A DNA stretch of 63,061 bases, the filler included, from Hyphochytrium catenoides (Eukaryota; Protista; Hyphochytriomycota), in NCBI GenBank assembly GCA_900088475.1. It is 7 parts of 7 records of this genome, joined end to end, with 100 filler letters (N's around TTAATTAATTAA, not from the genome) between each part and the next. Parts side by side here need not be neighbours in the genome. Positions count along the whole stretch, not along the records: positions 28,176 to 48,158 come from FLMG01001970.1; 6 more parts are not named here. One strand, 5' to 3'. The notes beneath the pieces are model-generated. The model was given only the letters and a program-made list of their open reading frames with translations, was not told where the DNA came from and did not search any database. A program made the translations under genes and the position numbers. Shown here piece after piece: positions 35,606 through 47,950 of this stretch; positions within the stretch are counted from its first letter, which is position 1, and every line of letters begins with the position of its first letter.

Positions 35606-36326
35606 CTTCTCTTTGTCGGCCTCTCTTCCTTCCCTTGAATCCTGTAACGCTTTCTCCCTCCGGCCTCCCTTCTCACCTGAGAGCAAAGGCTGGGAGGCCC
35701 ATCTCCTCGAATCGCGGGACAGGAGAGGCGACATCTTCTCCTTCGACCTCTATTCCCTTTGCCGCTCTAACTCTGTCGCTCTCTCTGTCGCTCAGATCAA
35801 CGGCGTTTCCTCTCCAAAAGGAGGAGACAAAGTTATCCTCTCTCCCTGTGCTCTTTCGCTTCAGCTTCTTCCTAAGAGGGACATAATCTCTCTCTCCTGC
35901 GAAGTTCACTTGCGCAGGGAGGAAGGCGGAGGCGATGTCAAAAGATTGTCTCTCTCTGTCTCTCCCCTCGACTCCCATCATTCCCTCTGCCATCACTCTT
36001 TCCTCTCTCTCGTGCTCTTCTCCTATGCTGGGTCTCGGATGCTCTCTTTGTCCTTCTCTATCCTCTTTCCTCTCTCTCTGTTTATGGTTCGTCTCTCATT
36101 CTCTCTCTCTATTTCACTGCCCGCTCTCTTTGTATGCGGTTCTATGCGCGTTTTCTACTGCTTGTCAAGTCCAGAAATGAACCTTCACTTCTCTCCATGC
36201 TGCTTCTCCTTTTTTCTCTCTCTCTCTCTCTCTCGCTCGCTCGCTCGCTCTCGCTCTCTCTCGCTCTCTCCTCTTGCTCTCGGCTCTCTCCTCTTGCTCT
36301 CGGCTCTCTCCTCTCGCTCTCTCTCC

Positions 36327-36376
<50 letters not shown>

Positions 36377-36394
36377 TCCATCTCTCTCTCTCTC

Positions 36395-36429
<35 letters not shown>

Positions 36430-37051
36430 TCTCCACTTTTCCTGATCGTGGAAATGAGAATCTCAAAGACGTATCTTATTCTAAATAAGCTATGTTATAT
36501 CTCCTTATTGCGCACTTCATAAGCAGGCCTATTGAGAATACGAGCCATGCCTACGGGCTTTGCCTACTCTTCGTTTCATGTTGAACCTCAGGAGAAGGAA
36601 GTGTGTGGGAGGAGCAAGCGGCAGGAGAGAGAGAGCGAGAGAGACAGGGGGAGAAAGAGAGCGAGAGCGAGAGCGAGAGAAAAAGGGAAGGCTTTAGCCG
36701 GACGAAGACGAGTAGCAGACAGAAGAGAGGATAGAAATTGACAGAGCATCTCATTGAAGAAAGGGAAGTGACCAGCATCGCAAGAGGAACTTCATTGATG
36801 AGAGAAAGAGAGATGACGGCCAGGTCTGGAGAAGGGAAGAGGGAGAGGGCGATGACCCTAAGCAGGAGGCGGTTACCTCCTCCCTCTCCGATGCTTGTTG
36901 GGGCTTCCCCTCTCTCGCCTGGGGCTTCTCCCTCTCGAGGACTGGCTGGCGGACGATATTGAAGGCCTGACATCTTCCTTCCTCTTGCCTCTTCGTCTTT
37001 CTCTCTTAGAAGCCCCTCCGCAACCGTCATGACGTTATGAAGCTTGCCCAT
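32380..37051 (-). CDS. DEAD-box RNA helicase (DDX41/DDX59/Dbp2-like), multi-exon
   Basis: Q motif PTPIQMQALP, Walker A APTGSGKT, Ia PTRELV, Ib TPGRL, DEAD (LVLDEADRMLDLG), III SAS, V TDVMARGIDLPDV and VI YIHRCGRTGRAG, distributed over GT-AG exons. Confidence 0.95.
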
Positions 37052-37691
37052 TCTCTTGATGACGATTCTAGTGACCGGCAGACCGCGCCACCGATGGACC
37101 TGCCAAGCTCTGACTCCGGCAGTGGCAAGGGAAGAGCAACTTTCTCAGCGTAAAGAGCCGCTCACGTGCAAAGAATACTCTCTGGGCCTCTATGGAGCAA
37201 TGAGCTGAGGACGCATAGGCTAAGAGCTGACCGGGAAAGGACGGAGAAAGACGCCAGGCTGTAAGCTGCGTCTGTCTCTGCAGGTGCCTTTCTATTCTTT
37301 TTAGCCTAACGTCTTCGTTTCTTTGACTTCTCTTTCTGCCTCTTGCGCAGCGTCTCCTATTGTCGCCGCTCTGTCACTGTCCACCGAGGGCAATGAGCGG
37401 CAAGGCATGTCAGGGCAAATCTGCCAGGGTTATGACTTATTTCTTATCCAATTTTCCTGTTTTGATCCTACCGTGGCTAAAGAGTATTCTTCCCTCTCTG
37501 GCCTCTATCTTCTCCTCTATGTTTCTATCTCCTCTCTCCCTCTCTCTCTGCCTCTCTCTCTCTATCGCGCGCGTCCACCATCTGTTCTCATCTTCAGACC
37601 TATCAGCAGGCTAATAGTGAGCTCCATCTACCTCTTTTTGGCTCTCTTCTCCTCTCTCTCTCTCACTCATCCCACACTAGCTCTCTATCGT

Positions 37692-39851
37692 CTAGAGATG
37701 GATGTGAGCCAACTCTGTCTCAACTTTTTCGGCGCCTAGCACCTCTTCTACGGCCTTCTGAAGATCTCTAGAGCTCTCGTTCTTCGAGCTCACAATGCCT
37801 TTGTCTTTGTTGAGCACAGCGATGACCATGGAAGGATTCAGAGCTCGCTTCCATAGGATAATGCGCACCGCCGCCCAGTTGTCAACCAGCAGACGACCAA
37901 AGATGAAGACACCGTCATTGATTTGTCCATTGACCGTCACGAATCTCAGACCCTTGATCTCAATGACATCCTTGTCGCCGTCGCCAAAGATACCTGCACC
38001 TTGGCGTTCAGAAGAAAGAACTTCTTGGTAGAGATTGAGCCTCTTTGCAGACGCGACAATGCCAGATTTGTTCTCATTGTTGGCAGAGGGAGAGGCCACC
38101 TGAAGATCCTTGACGGACGAAGACGCTGCACTCTTCATTGGCTTGACAAAGGAGATGGAGCTGAGGAAGATGAGGAGACCGCTGATGCCCAGCAGCTCAG
38201 GAATATAGCTTCCCTTCATAGATACCATGCCGTACACTCCGAGACTGGTCCACTTCATATACATTCCAATGTTACGGAGCTTGTCAGACTGCAGCCCTGT
38301 CTCTGAGTGGATCAGCAGCGGCTGGATGACAGGATAGCCGCCGAGGTAAAGGTTTCTGATGTTCTCACTGGCAAAGTTCATCCACAGGGTGAAGGCAATG
38401 ACGTAGATTGTCACTACTCGCAGCGCAGAGAGACGGAACTTGAAGATCCAGATGGGCTTTGAGTTCCTTAGACGAGGGAATAGGAGCAGAATGAATGCGG
38501 CCACGACGAAGAGAGGGAAGCCGTGGGTCAGTGTGAAGACCAGAAGGACTGGGGAGAAGCCATTGACAGCCACAGCGATGCAAATGGCGTGGATCATCGC
38601 TATTTCTCTGGATCGGATGATAATCATCGCAACCAGGACCAGCTTGTTGTTAAGCAGAGCGGAAGCAAAGTCAATGTTGGCCAGGATCTTGGTGTCTGCG
38701 AAGGTCTTGGTCGTCTTGATGAGAGTAGCGATGTAAGCGACGTTGATGAGAAGAATGTAAGCAGACAGACCAATTGTTATGACAGCGATAATCCAGTGTT
38801 CCGCGAATATCTCTTCACATCCCACATGGAAGCGGATACGGTTCAAGAGACCCACTGGACGGCCAGGATACTCGCCCAGACTTCTTCCAGCTGAGCAGGA
38901 GTCAGAGCTATAGACGAAGCCAAAGAAGAAGGTGTTGACCTTGTGGAAAGAGCGCAGCGTGTGAGGATACTTTATCTCTCTAAAGATGGTTCCTTCCCAC
39001 GTGGCGTAGGAGACACCTTCTTCTTTTGAACAGGTGACAGGACAGAAGCGCTTCTTGGCTCCAAAGGGTCCAAGAGAATGGTCGCAGGCATGGTCAGGAG
39101 TAGAGTACGCTTCATACTTGTCCATGTCGATAACGACAAAGCCATCTAACTGGTCCTCTCCAGGGGTGAACTGTGCCATATTCGTCTTTGCAGGCTTCAT
39201 CAAAAAGTCTAGCGTCTCTTTGCCCACGTACTTCTTCAGCACAGCATCCTCTCCGAAGATTGACTTTGGCAAGAGACGCGCGGCGTGCATAAAGTACTGC
39301 TTCTCTGCTCTCCATTCTCCGTCTGGGCCCTTGCACTTGACGGTGCCGGAGATATAGCCATACTTCGCGACTTCAAGCATGTTTCTGGTCTGCACGGTCG
39401 TCCAGCAGAAGGAGGCGACAGGGATGAGATAGTCCGTGATATAAGTCTTAGTGATGATGTCGTTGAAGTTTGTCTCTGGGAAGCCGTAGCCTTGCGTCAC
39501 ACCATCAGTAGGAGGCACCGAGCGGAGGTAGACAGAGCCTGAGATCCCCTCGATAACATTCTCTGTGGGGTTGGAAGAGACAGAGAGGACGTTATAGCTG
39601 GACGTCACGTTGCCCACGACAGAGTTTTCTTCAATTTCCATGTTGAAAGTCAGCTCGTGACCCAGCAGCAGCCCTTCCAGGGCAAGACAGAGAACTTCCA
39701 GGATAGGCATCAGAAGCATGATCCACATGCCCGTCAGGACGAAAAGCTGATAGAAAAGACGCTGATAGTTTCTCTTCTCTTTGTTCAGGGGAACTCCGGC
39801 CGCGCTTTGCTCCACAGCGCCCACGAGCGATGAATCCTTTGGAGGCGGCAT
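37692..39851 (-). CDS. 719-aa membrane protein: N-terminal TM, Cys-containing ectodomain, about 6 C-terminal TMs; function unknown
   Basis: 2.16-kb uninterrupted frame with a good ATG context (aaaaccATG) and a clear hydrophobicity pattern. Confidence 0.85.
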   Translation of the reverse strand: MPPPKDSSLVGAVEQSAAGVPLNKEKRNYQRLFYQLFVLTGMWIMLLMPILEVLCLALEGLLLGHELTFNMEIEENSVVGNVTSSYNVLSVSSNPTENVIEGISGSVYLRSVPPTDGVTQGYGFPETNFNDIITKTYITDYLIPVASFCWTTVQTRNMLEVAKYGYISGTVKCKGPDGEWRAEKQYFMHAARLLPKSIFGEDAVLKKYVGKETLDFLMKPAKTNMAQFTPGEDQLDGFVVIDMDKYEAYSTPDHACDHSLGPFGAKKRFCPVTCSKEEGVSYATWEGTIFREIKYPHTLRSFHKVNTFFFGFVYSSDSCSAGRSLGEYPGRPVGLLNRIRFHVGCEEIFAEHWIIAVITIGLSAYILLINVAYIATLIKTTKTFADTKILANIDFASALLNNKLVLVAMIIIRSREIAMIHAICIAVAVNGFSPVLLVFTLTHGFPLFVVAAFILLLFPRLRNSKPIWIFKFRLSALRVVTIYVIAFTLWMNFASENIRNLYLGGYPVIQPLLIHSETGLQSDKLRNIGMYMKWTSLGVYGMVSMKGSYIPELLGISGLLIFLSSISFVKPMKSAASSSVKDLQVASPSANNENKSGIVASAKRLNLYQEVLSSERQGAGIFGDGDKDVIEIKGLRFVTVNGQINDGVFIFGRLLVDNWAAVRIILWKRALNPSMVIAVLNKDKGIVSSKNESSRDLQKAVEEVLGAEKVETELAHIHL

Positions 39852-41726
39852 GGTTTTGGTTGTCTCTCTCTCTCTGTTCTATTCTCTTTCCGCTCTGACC
39901 AGGGAACTGACAAAGGTAACTTAGAGATACTTGCGACGGAGAGATCACGATAGGAGAGAAATGCTCTCCTTTCTCCTTCGGGACCTGCTCTCTGCTGTCG
40001 GTGCCGGACCCGCAGAAGACGTGCTTGATGATGCACACTGCGTCAAGAAGAAGAGATAATGAGATCACCTGTGCACCGGCGGTTGCCAGGGCTCCACCGC
40101 TGAGCACAGAGACAGAGGGAGAGAAACGGAGGCAACTGAGGAGAGTAAGTTGGCGGGAAGAAGAGGTTCATAAAGAGAGAAATGAGGGAGAGAGAAAGAA
40201 GAAGAGAGTAGGAGAGCAAAGAGCGGAAAGTGTAGCTCTAGGTCGCAAGAGCAGACTGTTGGAAGCCTGGTGTCAGCAGTTGGAAGGATGAGGATGGGAA
40301 GAGATCGGTGACGATGATGGAGAGCTGCAGGAGCGAGATAGAAGAGAGACGGTGAAGCTGAGAGCCACTTTTCTTTCTTTGGGCGCAATGCATACCTCTC
40401 TCGCCATGGTCGCTTTGCCCGCTACCTACTCTCTCTCTCTCTCTGTGCTCTGTCCTTTCCCTCTAGTTAGTACTCTGTTCCCTATCACCTCCCTACCTCA
40501 TTCTCTCTCTCTCTTTCACGCTCTCTCTCTTGCCCCTTGCACTCTCTGTCTTACAAAGTGGCTCTGTCTCTCTCCTCTAGCAGCGTCTTCTCCTTCCTCT
40601 CGATGTGCCCTAGACCCTCGGTTTCCTTTCCCTGGTTCTCTACCAGCCGGAGATAAATATTGGATCTTTTCGACATGATAGGACAGTCCAAGCTCTGCAC
40701 TCCAGTCCATGCAGCGGAAAGAGAGTGACGAAGAATGCAGAAGATAAGGCAAACCCTATGAGGGATTGTAAGAGAGAGAGAGAGAGAGAAGACGAAGCTG
40801 TTGAGAGACAGGCCAAAAAACAATCAGGCCAAGGTTGACATGTACCAGCACTCAGTGCCGCTCTATCTACTGTGGCACAGATCTTGATGATAGTGATAGG
40901 CAGAAGAGGATCCTGGAGCAGAGAGAAAGAGAGAGAGAGAGCACTCCTTGCAAGCATCCCTGTCCGTGACATGTCTAACTATACTCTATCATAATAGTAG
41001 GTATAGAACCAGCATTGAACTTTGTTGTCTTCTCCCGCCGCATGAGTCTGACAGGAATATGGCATTTTAACCCAATTTCTCTCTCTCTCCCTCTCTCTCT
41101 CTCTTTTCTGCTTCACATCTCTCTCTCTCCATATGGGGCCTTTCAATATTCCGTTAAGAGCGTTGCGTCCTTCTCGACAGTTGCAGCAGCCATACGCAGA
41201 TAGAACTGAGCAGCAGCCAACAATGAACAGTGGAGCGAGGAGGGAGGAGCGTTCGGCTGTAAGGAGAGAGACCTCGAGGAGTAGGAGAGAGAGAAGAGGA
41301 GGGGGAGAGGGGAGAGGGATGGAAAGGACTGCTGCCGCTGCTTTTTGCTTGCCTCCAGATTAAGAGTAACTCCTCCCTAGCATCTGGCAGGATAACAGTA
41401 TATGCAGGAGGTTGCATGATGGTTGCGCTCTGGTCCAGGGTGTTTATAGGTAATAGAAAAATATAGATCTCTCTCTCTCTCTCTCTCTCACGTCTGAACA
41501 TGTTAGCTCTTCCTTGCATGCAGTCATCTTTGTGCCAACTGACCTCTCTTTAACGCAAGTCCGGCAGAAGGAAGATCAGCCGCTGCTTTGAAAGAACAGA
41601 GAGTTTAGAGAGACATGGGAGAGACGAAGTCCCATCAGAAGACTAACGGTGCTTACCAACGGTCGTCTTGTCACCGTGCCAAGGGCACTATGATTTGATC
41701 AAAGACATCTAAAAGGCGGCCGTCTG

Positions 41727-41761
<35 letters not shown>

Positions 41762-42455
41762 TTTTCTTTCTTCTCCTCCCATCAGATCAACCCGAGATGC
41801 TAACGCAGGAGGGAAGAGATGGAGAAGAGAACGCATGACTCCTCCCGCCTTAACTGAGGTGGCAAACACACGTATTGTGCCAGGAATGGTTCTTGAGAAG
41901 AGAGAGAGAGAGGGACGTCAGTTGCTTTTTCAGGGATGGACGGGCGGTAGAACTACTTCGGGCTAGCTACTACGGCTTCCCGTCGCTTTCTTTCTCTCCG
42001 TCTCTCTCTCTCTGATTTCATTTCCCCTCCGTCCCATCCTCCATTATCGATGCTCTTCCTCTCCTCGCTATCTTTCCCTCTTTCTGTCTCACTCTCGTCT
42101 CCTCACCCTGTCTCAGTCACGTTAGTTGTCAGTACTTAGAGATGAATAACCGCCACATGCAGCCAGATGCCTTATCCACATGCTCAATAAGAGGAACTTA
42201 ACCTCCCATCCTTTTCCCTGTCCTCTCTCTCCTCTCTCCCCTCTCCCCGATCTTTTTTTTCCCTGTCTCGCTCCTTCCTCTTATTAATCGGGCGACCCCT
42301 TCCTCTTCCTTCCCTTGCTCTGTCTTGGCAGTGCCTTCCCTTGATATCTTCTCCTCCTCTAGCGTCTCATGCACTCTCTCTCGCCCCACCTCAAGGAGTC
42401 ACAGCCTCTCAATATCTTCGCAGCCCAACTCATCTTCCTTCCCTCTCATGTTCTC

Positions 42456-42499
<44 letters not shown>

Positions 42500-45400
42500 T
42501 CTCTTTCTCTTTCTCTCCCTTTTTTTGGTGGTCTCTCTTTCTCTCTTGGTGCCACAATCAGCACAACCTTTTGTAACCCCCATACCGATAGGGAATGCAC
42601 AGTACATATTACTAATATGTACTTGTAAATCAGCGGCTTGTCACGTTTGTGGATAAATAACGGACAGCCAAAGATGCAGGATGAAGGAAAGAGTGCACTA
42701 CAATGGGGGAAAGTGGTTCTCTTCTTTTTTCCTCTCTACTATCTTCTTCTTTACTTATCTTCAAAGCCGTCGTCCCTCTTCTGGACGTGACTTTCTCGTT
42801 CTCTCGCGTGCTGTGCTCGCTCTCCGTCCAGGATATAACTGCTGTAGAAGGTGCGCCATCCTCCTCCTCTGAGGATCCTTTGTGTGGCGCTTATTGTCTT
42901 CTTGACTCCCTCGTTAACCCTTCCACACTCCTTTTCAAACTTGGTGATTGTCCTGCCTTCTTTCTTCCTCCTGTTGCTCGTCGTCTCGCTCACTCTCTTC
43001 TCTTCTCCTGTTAAAGGAGGTAAACTCCTCTTCTACTGTTTCTCTTTCTCCTGTCTTTCCTATCCCTGCTAGTTCACTACCACCGGTGTCACATAATAAC
43101 GTCTCCCTTATATGAACCCTCCGTCCTCTACCCTATCCTTTCAAGTCACATTCTGGTCTTGGGCATGACTAATAATGATGGTACAATTTTTCTCCATAAT
43201 TCCGTCCTATCCCAGCTTAAATTTATAAAGAAAATTAGCTATAAACACACTCCTTCGATAAGTCCAAGGAATCATTGCCCAGGACAGGCGCATGCAGCAC
43301 GAGAACCTCGTAAGTTAGGGCAGGTGATACAAGTGGACAAGAGAGAGAAAACCAGCGAGACGGGCGTGGATAATAATAGGGCAGCGTTGAAGAGCCACAA
43401 ATAGCAGACAAAGCGAGAGAGGCAGCTTCCTGATAGAGGCAGCAGCAGCCGGCTAAAGATTGAAGGAAAAACTTACTTACAAGGAAAGCGTACCTAGTGT
43501 CCGGAGGTGGTTCACTTGACGATACTCCTTAACTGCCCCGGTTGCCGGGGTTCATTCGAAGAGATGGAGATAGGGAAAAGAAGAGAACAACAGGCACAGG
43601 AGCAAAATAGGAAGAGGAGGCAGAGCGATTAGAGGGAAGAAGGAATCTAGTAGTAGGGGAACTAGAACAGAAGAGACAGGCGAGGTGATGCCTGCTGCAT
43701 AAGCCCGCACTTGCTTTGATGATCGCTGGCCCTTGGGTATGGGAGCTCTTCAATTGCTGCTGCTACTGGTCTTTCTTTGAGGCTGTTGTCTGCTACCACT
43801 TCCGATGATAGATGAGAAGAGAAAGGAGAGAGATGGGGGAAGGGAGGTTGCATTGCAAGGAGAAAGAGAATGAAAGGCAAGAAGGATGATGAGTAAAAGG
43901 TAGGATAGGAGGTGGAAGAAGAATCTAGAGACTTTAAGGTGCAACCAACGGCTCATAAGGAAAAGGAACAACCACCAGGGCAGAGAACAGACGAGAAGGG
44001 AGAGGTTATATGCGTGCCAACCACCATGTTCCACTAGGAGCAAGAAGAGAGAGATAACGGGCAACAAGTGAAAGGAAGAAAGCAGCTACAGATCGTGTCC
44101 CCTTTCTATATTTATTCTTCTTCTCACTAACTCCTCGTAGAGTTGTTCATCATCTCTATCGTTGTCTCTCTTGTCCTCTTTGCCACAGCATCGGCAACAC
44201 CATCACCGTGCCGACGCTTGTTGTTACAGCAGACACGAGAAACCTCTCTATAACCCTACTATCTCCTTCGTTCTCGCTGGCTGGCTATTTCTACACCGAC
44301 TGTCTCGCTCACCGTCTCCTCGTGCCTTCTTGCTCCTCCTTCTCCATGTCCTTTGAACTCAATCCGCGAGAGCGGCGATGATAGTGTCAAGGGCAACAAG
44401 AGAGAAGATGCAGTACGGACTTGACCATGCACCGTTGAACTAGTAGCAGCCGCGGCCGGCCTTCCTAACACAACACACAGCGGCTACCCTCACTATCACT
44501 TGCGTGCCTTTAACTGCCGTCCTTGTTGCCCTTCTCCTTCCTCTAGTCTACCAAGCTCTCCTCTTCTCTCTTCCTCCGCAAGCAAGACTAGTGATGTACC
44601 TGTCTTCAGCTCCTGGAATCACTGCCTCGTCCTTACTTATTAGCAGCAGCAACAACAATGGCTTCTTCTCTTCTATAAAATGGAGCGCCAAACTACATAC
44701 ACCCTATGGCTGAAAGAGAAGCAAGTGTGAAATAATATTAGGAGAGAGGGGCTTCTAATATCACGCGGATCTCCTTGCATGAACGGTTGAAGGCTTTCAC
44801 TACTGCCACCAACGACGAGCTAGTTCCTCACAAGCCAAGTGCCCTCAGGCCAATTCAGGTACCAAAGAGACTCTGATGCACTATAAGGAGACAGCAAGTG
44901 CTTTGCTAAGTTATAACGAGCACATGAAGTACAGTCCTCGGTCTTGTCATAATAATCTATTGAGTGGCGCGGCACTGTCGGCAAGACGGTTCTTCTCCAA
45001 GTCATTTGCCAACAGGTTGAACTATATTTCGGAAGAGGAGGAGGTAGACGCCCGCGAGCTTTAGGTGTGCGATAAACGATGGTTATATCTGAGCAAGGAC
45101 CACCAGCGGATCGCCGGGCCGGTGGCTCTTCTTGTTCTTCTTCTCTTCGTCCTCGCAATATCTGTTTGATCTTCGAAGACTCTTGAAGAGATTCTTCTTC
45201 TGATGAGCTTTGCAAGCGGAGCAGCCAGGAAATGAAGTTGCTGCAGATTCTTTTTGACGGATGATCACCCTCGGTGTACTACCGCGTTATAGAAAATGCA
45301 GTGCTGTTTGTGCAGATGTACACAAGTTTAACAGTTAACCTTATCCGGGATACGTACTAGACGCATCATAAAGAGATACATGTATTAAACCTTTATTGTA

Positions 45401-46249
45401 GGGAAACCTCATTTTTTACATCCAGAATGTTGATGTCACTTGTGCACCACCTGTCTGCCGACCCCCAGGAGACCCCACAACAGGGGGTAGGAGCGATCGC
45501 GAGAAAGAGAAAGGCTAGACACAGAGTAAGTCTGTGAATATCAGCAAAGAGATACCATTCTTCCATTCTAGTGCCGCTTGCTGGGAAAAGAAAAAGCGGG
45601 AAATGAGAGGGAAAACGAGGCAGGACAAGGAAGACAGAGTGTGAAAGAACGAGGCTCTGCAGAGAGCCAAAAGTGCAGCAGTACTAGTATTAACCTAGGT
45701 TGCATAGCGAGACAGAGTCAGCTCAAACTGAGAGAAAGAGTGACAAAGAGAGAGAGAGAAAGAGAGAGGAGTTGATTTTGTGTCTTTCTCCTGTCATCCC
45801 CTCGTCCTAGGAAATCTTCTTCTGGGGGTCGCCTCTCTCTTCCCAGCGCAGTTTTCAACTTTCTTTCTTCCCACGCCCAAGTTACCTTTCAAATCGAGAG
45901 AGAGAGAGAGAGAGAGAAGAGCGGGAGAGAGAGAGACAGAATCAGAACGCGTGAGACCAAGAGAAATAGAGACTCCGAGCAACAGCTACCCATCGAGGCC
46001 GCCAGGAGCGAGAGAGAAAGAGAAACGGAGAGAAAGAGCGGTAGCACGCAGACAGGACTGAGAAGGGGGCTAGGCTCAGTTGCAAGTGCATTATCATCTG
46101 ATAAGAAGCGGCACTCGGAGCACCTCTCGACCAAGGAGACGAAGAAGAGAAGAGAGGCAACTCCAAAAGAGAGAAAGAGAGAGAGAAGAAAGAGGGAGAG
46201 AGAGAGGAGAGTGGGAGAGAGCTTTTCTCGAACTCACACGCTTGTCACA

Positions 46250-47950
46250 ATGGGAAAGTTTAGAAGAGCAAAGACTGAGAAGAGCCGGTCCGAGAGACAG
46301 GAGAACCTCTACAAAGCCTCGGCGGAGGAAGGAGAAACTCAAGAAAGAGAGAGCAGGCGATCACGAAGGCATCCAGAGGAGGAAAGAGAGAAGAGAGCAT
46401 TCGCGAGAGAGGACCATGCAGCTAATGCCGGCGAGGAAGACGCCAGAGAACGAGGCACTTCTTCTCCTTCTCATAGCAGAAAGGAGAGAAGGGAAAAGGG
46501 CGAAGAGAGAGAGCCTCAGAAGGGGAAAGAGGACGAGAGAAAGAGAAAAGACAGAGCGACGAAAAAAACAGACCAGGGCGATGCCGAACGAGAACACGAA
46601 GGTGGGGAAGAAGAGCACATCGAGATGAAGAAGAGAAAGAAGGACCAAGAGAGAACAGAGACAGCTCCTCAACTAGAGGGAGGCGCAGAGAGAGAGGAAG
46701 AAGAAGAGAAGACGCGAGAGAAGGAGAAAAGGAGAGAAGGAAGGGAGCCCAAAGCGGAGGAGAAAGAGGAGGAGGCAGACGAAGAAAATGCCAAGGTTGA
46801 CCCCAGGGCCATAGTGCCTTATAAGGCGCCTGAGGTCGATGAAGAGAGAAGTGAGTTTGCAGAAGGATGTCCCCGTAGACACGTTGCATTGTCGTGCTCT
46901 GTCTCCGTTTTGTGTCTCTTTCTCCCTATCTCTCTCTCTCTCTGTTTCTCTCTCTCTCTCTCTCTCTCTCCCTCTTTCCCTGTCTCTCTCTTTTCCTCTC
47001 TCTTGCTATCTCCTCCGTTCTGTGTCAGATGTGACTCTAATTTACTCTCGACTCAGACGGGACATTTTGCGCTGGGTCGTACTTGACCGTCGCCACTCTT
47101 TTAACTTGTCGCAAACAACCTGTCTTTCTCTAAACTGTCCGTTGCGTTGTGGCCTTTTGCTGGTTGGCGCTTTCTTATTTCTCTCTCTCTCTCTCTCTCT
47201 CTCTGCAGCTGGCGCGATAGTTCCGGTCTCTGTTTCCTCTGCGGACCCTCCACCTCAACCCTCACCTAGGGAAAGAGGCCAGGAACGAGATAAGCCCGCA
47301 ATAAGTCGGCCTAGGGAAGCGCAAGCACCCAGGAGAGTCACCTCGCATGCAGAAAGGAGTTGGAAGGTCTCTGTCTGTCTCTCTCTCTCTCACACACAAC
47401 CTTCGTTTTCCTCTCTCTCTCTCTCCCTTCTATCCTTCCGCCCCCTGACTTCCTCCCTCTCCTCTCCGTGTCTCTCTCAGTCTCTTTCTCTCCATTACTC
47501 TCCCGCTCTCTCGTTCTCCCCCGCTTTTCTGAATCTAGCGCTGCACTGCAGGAGGACAAGACAAACTTCCGCACTGGCAAGTTTTCGCGAGCAGAGAATG
47601 AGTTGATAAAGAGCGCGATGCTCGCCTATGTTGCCGAGCATGGACTGGGCTCTGATGGCCTTGAGGTCAAAGAGTCTCTCTCTTTACGCCATTTGAGCTG
47701 CTTTCTTTCTTGTCCTCTCTTTATTGTTCGTACTGTACGTTCCCACTAACCTATGTTCATATCTTGTCCTTTCGCTGTTCTCTTTGCCTCTCTCTCTCTC
47801 TCCTCTCAGCCTTTCTTTTCTCTCCATCTTCTTGATATTTGTCTCTTTGGCTTACAATGTTACAGAAAATCTGTAACGTGGGCAAGCACCGGAACCTAAG
47901 AGGTGCCTGGCTAGAGATCGCCACCTGCCTGCCCGATCGCTCTGTTAAGG
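46250..47950 (+). CDS. Reb1/TTF1/DMTF1-like Myb-domain protein, 3'-truncated by the contig end
   Basis: A charged N-terminal exon, then exons encoding RTGKFSRAENELIKSAMLAYVAEHGL and RGAWLEIATCLPDRSVK, matching the first Myb-like repeat of this family; GT-AG introns. Confidence 0.8.
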
